Assembly (NCBI GenBank): GCA_035326105.1
Contig: DAOKYO010000001.1
Coordinates: 395,805 to 459,804, forward strand
DNA: 64,000 nucleotides
Reading direction: 5' to 3'
Source: Bacilli bacterium
GTDB lineage: Bacteria > Bacillota_I > Bacilli_A > RFN20 > CAG-826
Position 1 is the stretch's first letter, and each line of letters begins with the position of its first letter. A model generated the notes under the pieces. That model was not told the DNA's origin, did no database searches, and worked only from the letters and a program-made list of their open reading frames with translations. This document shows, piece after piece, positions 47,034 to 55,980 of this stretch. The position numbers were made by a program, and so were the translations under genes.

Positions 47034-47975
47034 ATGATGAATATACGCAACCGTCTAAAAACCATAGTTAGTAATCGACGATTTAAGGAGCAGATGGCAG
47101 GCTACCTATTTGTGGCGCCAGTGGTAATCGGATTTCTTTTGTTTACCTTCATTCCCCTGCTTTATTCCATATTTGCCTCTTTCCATGAACTGACGGATTT
47201 TAACTACAATCCGGGAGCTGGAAATTATATTGGCTTAGGAAATTTCCAAGAGTTATTTGCCGATCCTAATTTTATTAAATCAATTACCAACACCATATAT
47301 CTGATGATGGGAATTCCGGTAGGAATGGTCCTGTCGTTTGTGTTGGCTACTTTAATTAATTCAAGGTATTGCAAGATTAAAAAACCATATTTAATCATTT
47401 ACTATCTTCCGGCTGTCAGTTCGGCAATTGCTGTCGGATTGGTATGGAAGTGGTTGTTTAATGCCGATTACGGGGCAATCAATCAAATATTTGGCACGCA
47501 CATTCTCTGGCTTAGTGACCCGCGTATTGTAAAAATTACACTCATAATTAAAGGGGTATGGGGGGGAATAGGCGGAACACTGCTGCTTTATTTTGCCTCC
47601 ATGCAAAATATTCCGCATGAGCTGTATGAGGCAGCGGATATCGAAGGGGCTAATCTATTCTATAAAACTTTTAAAATAACCATCCCCTTGGTGAAGCAGA
47701 CAACTTTTTATGTTCTTATTACTTCGGTAATCGGAGGAATATTGGCCTTCGCGGATAACTACATAATCGTCAGTTCATCCAGTGCCAATACGATAGTCTA
47801 TTATCTATGGAACGAAATGAAAAAAGGCAACTATGGATTGGTGAGTGCCGGCAGCCTCTTTGTTTTTGTTGGACTTCTGATTGTGACATTGTTCTTATTC
47901 AAGTTTCTCCATGTGGGAAGTGGACGGAAAAATTTTAGCTCTCGAAAATTAAAAAAAGGAACCCGTGCACAATGA
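47034..47975 (+). CDS. Carbohydrate ABC transporter permease (MalF/UgpA-like)
   Basis: 6 TM segments; EAA-like loop YEAADIEGANLFYKTFKITIPL. Start ATG 47034 or 47037, uncertain. Confidence 0.7.
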   Translation: MMNIRNRLKTIVSNRRFKEQMAGYLFVAPVVIGFLLFTFIPLLYSIFASFHELTDFNYNPGAGNYIGLGNFQELFADPNFIKSITNTIYLMMGIPVGMVLSFVLATLINSRYCKIKKPYLIIYYLPAVSSAIAVGLVWKWLFNADYGAINQIFGTHILWLSDPRIVKITLIIKGVWGGIGGTLLLYFASMQNIPHELYEAADIEGANLFYKTFKITIPLVKQTTFYVLITSVIGGILAFADNYIIVSSSSANTIVYYLWNEMKKGNYGLVSAGSLFVFVGLLIVTLFLFKFLHVGSGRKNFSSRKLKKGTRAQ

Positions 47976-48874
47976 GTACAGTCAATATCACTAAAAACGT
48001 CGCGCCAAAAGCTAATAAAAAGCATTACAGTGCTTCCTTTTATACGATTAAAGTTATCGTCTTATTTATTATTATATCGATCGCTTTCTTGATGCTATTT
48101 CCTTATTTATATATGCTTTCGATGTCATTTAAATCGGGAAATGAAGTAGTGAACAACTTAGCCTTTTATCTTTTCCCCAAAGAATTTACACTCACTAATT
48201 ATGTTGATATTTTTACGATTATTCCTTTGGCTCGCGGCTTCCTCAATACCTTAATTATCGAGGTTTTTGTGATATCGTTTGGAACCATATCAACAACGAT
48301 GGCCGCTTTCGCTTTTGCCCGACTTCGGTTCAGAGGTAAAAACTTTTTGTTCTATATGGTGCTCACGACAATGATGGTTCCATACATTACGGTGTTGACG
48401 CCACAGTTTAGTGCTTTTTCTCATCTGGGGTTAGTCGATACCCTATATCCCTTAATTTTGCCGGGACTTTTTGGCAACGTTTCAATGATGTTCTTCCTTC
48501 GACAATATGCTTTAAGCATTCCGGACAGTGTCTATGAGGCCGCGGAAGTTGACGGATGTGGCTTTTTCCGCCTGTATTGGAATATATTCTTGCCTTTAGT
48601 TCGGCCGGCGATCGCCGCTCAGGTAATATTTTGGTTCTTGGGAATTTGGAATGATGTTTTCGGACCCGATATCTATCTTCAGACCCTCAACAATAAGACC
48701 ATTCAGGTAATGATCAAATATTTGGATAACCAAACGGGAAGCGGAACATTGAAGAATCTTCCGACAATCATGGCCGGTTCAGTTCTATCGAGCATTCCGA
48801 CGATTGCCATCTATATCGTGTTCCAAAAATATTTTGTAAATACCTTTATGCTTTCAAGTTCAAAAGACAATTAA
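47972..48874 (+). CDS. Carbohydrate ABC transporter permease (MalG/UgpE-like)
   Basis: EAA loop VYEAAEVDGCGFFRLYWNIFLPL. Confidence 0.75.
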   Translation: MSTVNITKNVAPKANKKHYSASFYTIKVIVLFIIISIAFLMLFPYLYMLSMSFKSGNEVVNNLAFYLFPKEFTLTNYVDIFTIIPLARGFLNTLIIEVFVISFGTISTTMAAFAFARLRFRGKNFLFYMVLTTMMVPYITVLTPQFSAFSHLGLVDTLYPLILPGLFGNVSMMFFLRQYALSIPDSVYEAAEVDGCGFFRLYWNIFLPLVRPAIAAQVIFWFLGIWNDVFGPDIYLQTLNNKTIQVMIKYLDNQTGSGTLKNLPTIMAGSVLSSIPTIAIYIVFQKYFVNTFMLSSSKDN

Positions 48875-48888
48875 AAGGAGCGATAAAA

Positions 48889-51696
48889 ATGAAAAAACAC
48901 TTTAATTGGTTGATCTTACTGACCGGAGGATTGCTGGCTCTAAGTTCATGCGGAATTAATCCTAGCGACTATGCGAACCAAGACAGTAAGGTCTCGGGTG
49001 ATAGTGACTTTACATACCCCGGCAATATGGTTGCCAGCGATTTAAAAATAGATGGAATTCTCGATGAAGAAGCTTGGAGCAATCCCGATATTTTTAGTTG
49101 CCACTTTGGAGAAAACAATCGCGTTACTGCAAAGATATTTTGGGGCGAAAAAGGATTAACAATCGGATTTACCTTGATCGATCAATTCATCAGCGCCTCA
49201 ACAAATTATTCCGATTCAGAGTTTGTCATCAACAGTGATAATGTTGAATTCTATATTGATACAAAAAATGATGGTGGCAATGGACCCCAAACTGACGATT
49301 ATGAATTCTTAATTAATCCAGAAGGATATGCCATGCTTCAAGTGGGAGGTGGCAAATGGTGGGGACCTTGGAGTGGAGTTGTCGACTATGCGGTAAGCGT
49401 GGATGGAACAATCAATAATGATGCTGACGACGATGCCTTTTGGTCAGTGGAATTGTTTTTACCCTATGAAACATTCGGCTTTGATCAAACATCGACCGTA
49501 GGTATTGCCTTCGGTTGCCGAAATAAGACAACTAACTTAACGACATCAGATTGGTTTGGATGGACCCCTGATCCGCAGATTCCGGATACATATGTCGCGA
49601 TTAATCAAACAGGAGTGCAAACCGAGGAGATAGATAATTATATGATTAATAGCGGGACATTTCTTAAAAACGATGATGGAACCTATACAGCGAGCAGCGC
49701 TAATTCATTGATGACCTTATCGGAAGTCGGTTTTACTCAAGGAACTATAACGGCAACGATGAAAACGCCAAGTTTCTCCGATAATGGTATCGTTTTTGGT
49801 TTATCGGCCACGGATGCATTGTTTTGGGAAAGCGGAGCCTCGTATTATTTCTTCTTTATCAATCGCGATAGCAATGCGTTTCTGGGCAAGGTTGTAAACG
49901 GAACGTGGAATACCATACAAGTGTCATCCAATGTTGCTGGCTTTGCAACTGATAAAACCGTCAATTTAAGGATAGTTATAATCGGTAATACGATATATGG
50001 TTTAATCGATGATACTGTCTATATTACCTATACGGATAGTTCGTTCCTTACCGGGACAAGAATCGGCTTACGGGCGGGAGCGGAAGGAGTTACCTTCAGT
50101 TCGCTTACTACCAGTGAATCGACAATCGTCGATACCAAAGATGAGCCGGGTGAGACTATATCCGGTTTTAGTACGGTCAGCGGCGGATTTAAAAACGATA
50201 ATGGCTATGTCGCCACAGCCCAATCATCATTAATGATAAAAAGCGATGCTACCTTGGATAGAGGTACTTTAAACGTCGATGTAATGGCGCTAAGACTCAA
50301 TCAGTATGGACTCGTTTTTGGATTAGCATCAGCGAGCGACACCTTCTATGAAAACAGTGCCAGCTATTATCAATTAATGATTAATACCGGACATGAGTTG
50401 GTTCTTGATCGAGTAGAAAATGGAACAATCACTAATCTCTCCACTCGCCTTTTAACCGCCGGCTATAGCGTTAACAGCAAATATAATTTGAAGGTTTCCT
50501 TCGAGGAAGGCCTTATAAAAGGATATTTTGAAGACAAACTGCTTATTTTATTTCAAGATGATAATCCACTCAGCGGGACGCAATATGGAATTAAATCTCT
50601 TTTTAAAGGAACAACTTTCAGTTCTTTGAATATTAGTTCCGTTCTTGCCGATGATCAAACTGAGGCCTTAATTGTCGGTGATTCGATCATGGAATTGTGG
50701 ACAAATGCCGATAGTGACCTTACCGGTTTAGGCAACATTACTAATCTTGGAGTCGGTGGAACTACGACTACTTATTGGTTATCGATGCTTGAAATCATAA
50801 AAGCCTGTAACCCCTCAACTTTATTCGTTGATATGGGAACAAATGATTTGGCAATGGGAGCCAGCGTGCAAGTAATAAAGAATAATTACAGCCTGTTTAT
50901 AAACCAGATTCAAGAGCAAATGCCAAGTTTAGTTGTTGTTATTATCGGAATCCACAAGTGCCCCATGCGCGATCAGTATAAAGCGAGCATTGATGATATT
51001 GATAATTATTTATCATCCTTGGCGGCGGCTGATAAAAACATCAGATTTATTAATACGGTAAATTTATTCTTAGATAGCGAAAACCAATATATTAATGGCT
51101 ATTTTGCAGACGGACTCCATCTTAATCGCGGAGCATATAAGATGATAAGAGATTTAATTAGGGAGGCACTGTCGCTTCCCGCGATTGATGACACAATTGC
51201 CGGTTACGATGTTGCAAGCGGTGACTTTACTAAAAATGATAATAATTATATTGCCTCTTCTCCCTTTTCAATTCTTGTAAATAGCAGTGACACATTTGTT
51301 AATGATGGAGGTTATCTTTCAGTTAATCTTCAAGCAACTTCCCCTAGTGATAATGGACTGATATTTGGCCTTTCCACTAATAATCAGACATATTTTTGGG
51401 AAAGTGGCGTTTCATATTACTTCTATTTTATATCGATTAACGGAGATTTGGTTCTGAGCAAAATCGTCGATGGCACTTATTCTGAATTAACTAAAATCAG
51501 CATCGCTTCATATCAGGTGGAAAGTGAATATAGTTTAAAAGTTGTTTGGAATGGAAGAACCATTGAGGGGTATTTGAACGGCGACAAGCTTATTTCCTAC
51601 AAGGATTTAAATCGGCTGGCGGGTGAAGGCTATGGAATACGCGCTAATGGTCAAGGAACAATTTATAGCCAAATTGGCAAAGGAGTTTCAATATGA
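48889..51696 (+). CDS. Large surface lipoprotein: CBM9-like domain, three repeated ~150-aa beta-sandwich modules and a central SGNH/GDSL esterase domain
   Basis: Lipobox LALSSCGI; DGILDEEAWSN (CBM9-like); GDSL block LIVGDSIMELW...GVGGTTT...DMGTNDL; repeated modules with (I/L)VFGLS...FWE..ASYY(F/Q)(F/L)(F/M)I. Confidence 0.7.
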   Translation: MKKHFNWLILLTGGLLALSSCGINPSDYANQDSKVSGDSDFTYPGNMVASDLKIDGILDEEAWSNPDIFSCHFGENNRVTAKIFWGEKGLTIGFTLIDQFISASTNYSDSEFVINSDNVEFYIDTKNDGGNGPQTDDYEFLINPEGYAMLQVGGGKWWGPWSGVVDYAVSVDGTINNDADDDAFWSVELFLPYETFGFDQTSTVGIAFGCRNKTTNLTTSDWFGWTPDPQIPDTYVAINQTGVQTEEIDNYMINSGTFLKNDDGTYTASSANSLMTLSEVGFTQGTITATMKTPSFSDNGIVFGLSATDALFWESGASYYFFFINRDSNAFLGKVVNGTWNTIQVSSNVAGFATDKTVNLRIVIIGNTIYGLIDDTVYITYTDSSFLTGTRIGLRAGAEGVTFSSLTTSESTIVDTKDEPGETISGFSTVSGGFKNDNGYVATAQSSLMIKSDATLDRGTLNVDVMALRLNQYGLVFGLASASDTFYENSASYYQLMINTGHELVLDRVENGTITNLSTRLLTAGYSVNSKYNLKVSFEEGLIKGYFEDKLLILFQDDNPLSGTQYGIKSLFKGTTFSSLNISSVLADDQTEALIVGDSIMELWTNADSDLTGLGNITNLGVGGTTTTYWLSMLEIIKACNPSTLFVDMGTNDLAMGASVQVIKNNYSLFINQIQEQMPSLVVVIIGIHKCPMRDQYKASIDDIDNYLSSLAAADKNIRFINTVNLFLDSENQYINGYFADGLHLNRGAYKMIRDLIREALSLPAIDDTIAGYDVASGDFTKNDNNYIASSPFSILVNSSDTFVNDGGYLSVNLQATSPSDNGLIFGLSTNNQTYFWESGVSYYFYFISINGDLVLSKIVDGTYSELTKISIASYQVESEYSLKVVWNGRTIEGYLNGDKLISYKDLNRLAGEGYGIRANGQGTIYSQIGKGVSI

Positions 51697-54155
51697 AAAA
51701 AACAAGAGCCCTATTGATGGCGCTTCCGTTTGTGTTGGCGCTTACTTCATGCGGAGGAGAAAATATGAACAGTCTTAAAGGTTTCTCAGAAGTTAATTAT
51801 CAACTCCAAGAGCGGGAGCGGTATGACAACATATTCGGTGAGGAAAATATTCCCAATCAGTGGAGTGACTATGGAATCGGTGATCCCTATGTTATGCGGT
51901 TTAATGGCGAGTATTATCTATATGCTTCCACTAAGAACTTCGAATATGGTTATCGAGTTTGGAAGTCACATGATCTTATTCACTATAGTTACTTAGGTGA
52001 GTATCCCCTTACTCAAGCGGATGGATCAACCACGGGGCTGCATACGGCTTACGCTCCGGAAGTCATCTATTGGAATGGCGATTTTTATATGTACTCTTCT
52101 CCCGATGGTAAGGGCCATTACATCTTTAAATCAGTTGACCGGCAACCATTTGGTGAGTTTAGGGCTGTTACTAACAATATCGGTCTTTCCATTGATGGCA
52201 GTGTTTTTATTGATGATGATGAAAAGATGTATTTTATGGCGGCGGGCGATGGGGCGATAACTTCCTATGAGATGAATTCACCAACCGAAATTGATAATGC
52301 CAGCGGAGAAGAATTATACTCTCCGCTAGTCAAATGGACGGAAGGCCCATATATGATAAAACACGATGGCAATTACTTTCTTACCTATACGGGCAATCAT
52401 GTTAAATCTCGCGGCTACCGGGTTGATTATTCATTTTCATCATCCCCGCGATCCGGGTTTGAATATCCGAGTAATAATTCATTATTGCTATCCAGTATGG
52501 GCGAGCAAAATGGATTAGGGCACTCTTCAACAGTATTGGGGCCCAACCTTGATAGCTATTATATCGCCTATCACAATTTGGATTCAGCCTCGGGTCCGAT
52601 TCGTTCTTTCAACCTCAACCGTCTGACTTTTGCGGGAACGAGAATGAATGTTTTAGGACCAACTTATCAAGGGGCCATGGTTCCGATGATGCCGGAATTT
52701 TACGTTCTTGCCGACAATACCAGTTTGGGCGAAAAGCAAGGTTCACTTGAAGAAAATGGAGGAAGTTATTATTCCTCATTGACTACCGATGATACTTTCT
52801 CGGTGGAATATAACTTTAAAGATATAGAGTCTGATGGCAGTAGCAAATTTCTTTTTGGAGTCGATGGCACTAATAGCGGATATGTAACAATTGATGGGAA
52901 GAATCTTAATGTTTATTATAATCAGACGCTTGTGGCCCAAGGGACTCTGTTCAAAGACTTTGATTTCACTCAGCTTCACACACTTCGTCTAAGTTATGCC
53001 GATCATCGGCTTAAAGTGACATTCGATAATCTGACAAAGATTGACAGCACAATTTCTGAGACCGTTTTAAAGGGGAAAATCGGTTACAGCGGAGTTGCGC
53101 GCGCTTCCATCGGAACGACGACATTTGCCAATTCGGCATTTGATTCAAGTCAAAACAGCGATGCGAAAATTATGGGAAGCGACTGGTTTGCGACTGATTA
53201 CTTGAAAAACATTTCAAAGGTCGATAATCAATACACGCTAGAGCGCGATGTCAATGATGATCGCCTAATATATTCCGAAGCGGACGGAGTCCGTCTCAGC
53301 AAAAGTCAGGAGCGGATTGTTTATCCCATCGATGTTCTTGAAGATGGTCTTTATGGAATCGAAAATACCTACTCGATAGCATCAATCGGAAGCAAAATAA
53401 CTATTCAAATAGACAATAATCTTCCATATTTAGTTGAACTTCCAGGAGCTGATTTTACAAACAACTATGGCAGTTATGAAGAAAATTTAACTTATATTAA
53501 AAATCTTATCTTAGAACTCCCTTTGACCAAAGGATTGCATACGATCAAATTCGAATTGGTATCGGGTAAATATGAAAGCCTTTATTACAATACCTTCCTG
53601 GACAGTCAATTTTCTCCCGATTTTGCAAATGACCTATCCGACTATGTAAGTCAAGGCGCCAAATATATGACGTTATGGAAGATTGATGAGCAGGAACAGG
53701 CCCATTATTCAAAAGCCGGAAGTAATAATATGCTTCTCTTCGGAAGTGAAGGAATGACCGATTATGAAGTGAGCGTTAAAGTCAAAATTACTATGGATTC
53801 AAGCAATGGGGCGTCTGCCGGCATTATGTTGCGGACACTTAATCCTTCCATTATGAGCGGACAGGTTAATGAATGTGCGGAAGGCTACCTTATCACTTTC
53901 AATAATATGCAACTCGTGATGGAACGGATGAATTATAACGGAATGACTGTTGCTTCACTGACGGGTGATTTTACCCTCAATGTGTATCACGAAATGCGCG
54001 CGGTATGCAAAGGCAACAATATTAAAGTCTATTTTGATGGCGAATATGCCTTTGAGTACACCGATCCCGATCCCTTCACTCATGGCATGGTTGGATTATA
54101 TTCGATATCAGCCGAATCTTACTACAAGGATTTAAAGATTACAGGAGTTAAATAA
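51693..54155 (+). CDS. Lipoprotein with N-terminal GH43-like five-bladed beta-propeller, middle beta-sandwich and C-terminal LamG/DUF1080-like domain
   Basis: Lipobox LALTSCGG; YGIGDPYVMRFNGEYYLYAST and YAPEVIYWNGDFYMYSS are typical GH43 blade motifs; ATGA overlap with the upstream gene. Confidence 0.6.
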   Translation: MKKTRALLMALPFVLALTSCGGENMNSLKGFSEVNYQLQERERYDNIFGEENIPNQWSDYGIGDPYVMRFNGEYYLYASTKNFEYGYRVWKSHDLIHYSYLGEYPLTQADGSTTGLHTAYAPEVIYWNGDFYMYSSPDGKGHYIFKSVDRQPFGEFRAVTNNIGLSIDGSVFIDDDEKMYFMAAGDGAITSYEMNSPTEIDNASGEELYSPLVKWTEGPYMIKHDGNYFLTYTGNHVKSRGYRVDYSFSSSPRSGFEYPSNNSLLLSSMGEQNGLGHSSTVLGPNLDSYYIAYHNLDSASGPIRSFNLNRLTFAGTRMNVLGPTYQGAMVPMMPEFYVLADNTSLGEKQGSLEENGGSYYSSLTTDDTFSVEYNFKDIESDGSSKFLFGVDGTNSGYVTIDGKNLNVYYNQTLVAQGTLFKDFDFTQLHTLRLSYADHRLKVTFDNLTKIDSTISETVLKGKIGYSGVARASIGTTTFANSAFDSSQNSDAKIMGSDWFATDYLKNISKVDNQYTLERDVNDDRLIYSEADGVRLSKSQERIVYPIDVLEDGLYGIENTYSIASIGSKITIQIDNNLPYLVELPGADFTNNYGSYEENLTYIKNLILELPLTKGLHTIKFELVSGKYESLYYNTFLDSQFSPDFANDLSDYVSQGAKYMTLWKIDEQEQAHYSKAGSNNMLLFGSEGMTDYEVSVKVKITMDSSNGASAGIMLRTLNPSIMSGQVNECAEGYLITFNNMQLVMERMNYNGMTVASLTGDFTLNVYHEMRAVCKGNNIKVYFDGEYAFEYTDPDPFTHGMVGLYSISAESYYKDLKITGVK

Positions 54156-54158
54156 ATT

Positions 54159-55904
54159 ATGATTGAAAGCAGTTATCCACGTCCGCAGCTAAGGCGTGAA
54201 AATTACGAACTTTTAGATGGCGAGTGGGATTTCCTTTTCGACGACGAAGACAAGGGGTTAAAGGAAGGATATTATCGCGGTTTCGAAAAGAGTCAAACCA
54301 TAAATGTGCCATTCGTTTATTCCACCGCGCTAAGTGGAATTAATCAAAGGCGAAGAGTTGATGTTCTTTGGTATCAACGCGAAATCATTATCCATAAGGA
54401 AGATTTTCTGCAGGATGTGATGATTAATTTTGAAGGAGTCGACTATCGGGCGGACGTTTACCTTAACGGGCACTTTATCGGAAGCCATGAAGGCGCATAT
54501 GCCCGCTTTTCCTTGTGCCTCAATCAGGCGATGGTAATCGGATCTAATAAATTGGTGGTTCGGACATTCGATTCCTACAATGTCGCTCAGCCGCGGGGAA
54601 AACAAAAATGGATGAATGAAAACTACGGCTGTTGGTACAAAGAAGCCAGCGGCATTTGGAAGTCGGTGTGGTTGGAAAGAGTCAGTCATACCCGGATTAG
54701 CGAATTAAAAATTACGCCTCGCGTTGACCGGATGAATGTTGAAATTGAATATACCATAGAAAACTTTCGCTCTAATCTAACGCTTTCCAGTGAAATATTG
54801 TTTGAGGGAAAAACAACCAGCAAGATTATAGCCTCCTTAGCTTATCCATCCGGAAAAATAGTCGTTGAACTGGCAAGTCCATACCTCTCTTTCCAAAATG
54901 AATTTTGGCATCCGGATCGACCTAAAATTTATGATATCAAGTTTATGCTTTGTGAAGATCAAATGATTTGCGATAAAGTGGATTCTTATTTTGGATTTAG
55001 AGAGTATCGGGCGCAACAGGGGCAGTTGCTGCTCAATGGTTTCAGCTTTTATTCTAAACTTTGTCTATATCAGGCTTATTGGCCATTAAGCAATATGACT
55101 CTGCCGGATTTAAAAAGCGCCAGAGAAGATATTCTTCTGTTGAAAGCACTGGGGTTTAATGGCATTCGGATACATCAAACTATAATTGATGAGAGATTTC
55201 TTGCCCTATGTGATGAACTGGGACTTATCGTATGGTGCGAGATGCCGTCCCCGCATATTTTTAATCTTGAAGCCAATAGCAATGTTCTTAAAGAATGGAT
55301 GGAAATTCTTCATCAAAACTATAATCATCCATCCATCTTCGTTTGGGTTTTATTCAATGAATCATGGGGAATAAGAGAAATCGGTGAAAATCAATTAGAA
55401 CAGAGTTTTGTCGATGCGCTTTACTTTTTAACCAAAGCCTTTGATCCTTATCGCCCGGCAATCAGCAACGATGGATGGGAACATACAAAGAGCGATATTC
55501 TAACCATTCATAACTATGAACAATCGGCCGATAAACTGTTAAGTTTCTACAAAGACATCAATTTAGTTATGAGCGGAAAAACTTCTTCTTTATCGATGCG
55601 TAAATTATTGGCCGATGGATACGAGTATGAAGGGCAACCGTTTATTTTCTCGGAATTTGGCGGGGCCGCTTTAAAAAAGGATACTGCCGACGGCTGGGGG
55701 TATGGCGGAGCTACCGATGGCATCGAGGAGTTTTATACTCGCTACCGGGAATTGATTGAAGCCATCTATGAACTGCCATATTTATCGGGGTTTTGCTACA
55801 CCCAATTTAGTGATGTCGAACAGGAAAAGAACGGATTAGTTACGATTGACCGCAAGGTCAAAGTCGATATTTCAATTATCAAGAAAATTATGGAAAAACG
55901 TTAG
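54159..55904 (+). CDS. GH2 family glycoside hydrolase (beta-glucuronidase/beta-galactosidase-like, short form)
   Basis: N-terminal sugar-binding pattern LLDGEWDFLF...VLWYQREI...VDYRADVYLNGHFIGSHEGAYARF, then a TIM-barrel region; 581 aa; no signal peptide. Confidence 0.6.
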   Translation: MIESSYPRPQLRRENYELLDGEWDFLFDDEDKGLKEGYYRGFEKSQTINVPFVYSTALSGINQRRRVDVLWYQREIIIHKEDFLQDVMINFEGVDYRADVYLNGHFIGSHEGAYARFSLCLNQAMVIGSNKLVVRTFDSYNVAQPRGKQKWMNENYGCWYKEASGIWKSVWLERVSHTRISELKITPRVDRMNVEIEYTIENFRSNLTLSSEILFEGKTTSKIIASLAYPSGKIVVELASPYLSFQNEFWHPDRPKIYDIKFMLCEDQMICDKVDSYFGFREYRAQQGQLLLNGFSFYSKLCLYQAYWPLSNMTLPDLKSAREDILLLKALGFNGIRIHQTIIDERFLALCDELGLIVWCEMPSPHIFNLEANSNVLKEWMEILHQNYNHPSIFVWVLFNESWGIREIGENQLEQSFVDALYFLTKAFDPYRPAISNDGWEHTKSDILTIHNYEQSADKLLSFYKDINLVMSGKTSSLSMRKLLADGYEYEGQPFIFSEFGGAALKKDTADGWGYGGATDGIEEFYTRYRELIEAIYELPYLSGFCYTQFSDVEQEKNGLVTIDRKVKVDISIIKKIMEKR

Positions 55905-55980
55905 GAGGATAACATTGGAAAAATAACATTTAAAAAGGGATTTATTATTGCATAAACCAAATATCGGAAAGGAAAACAAT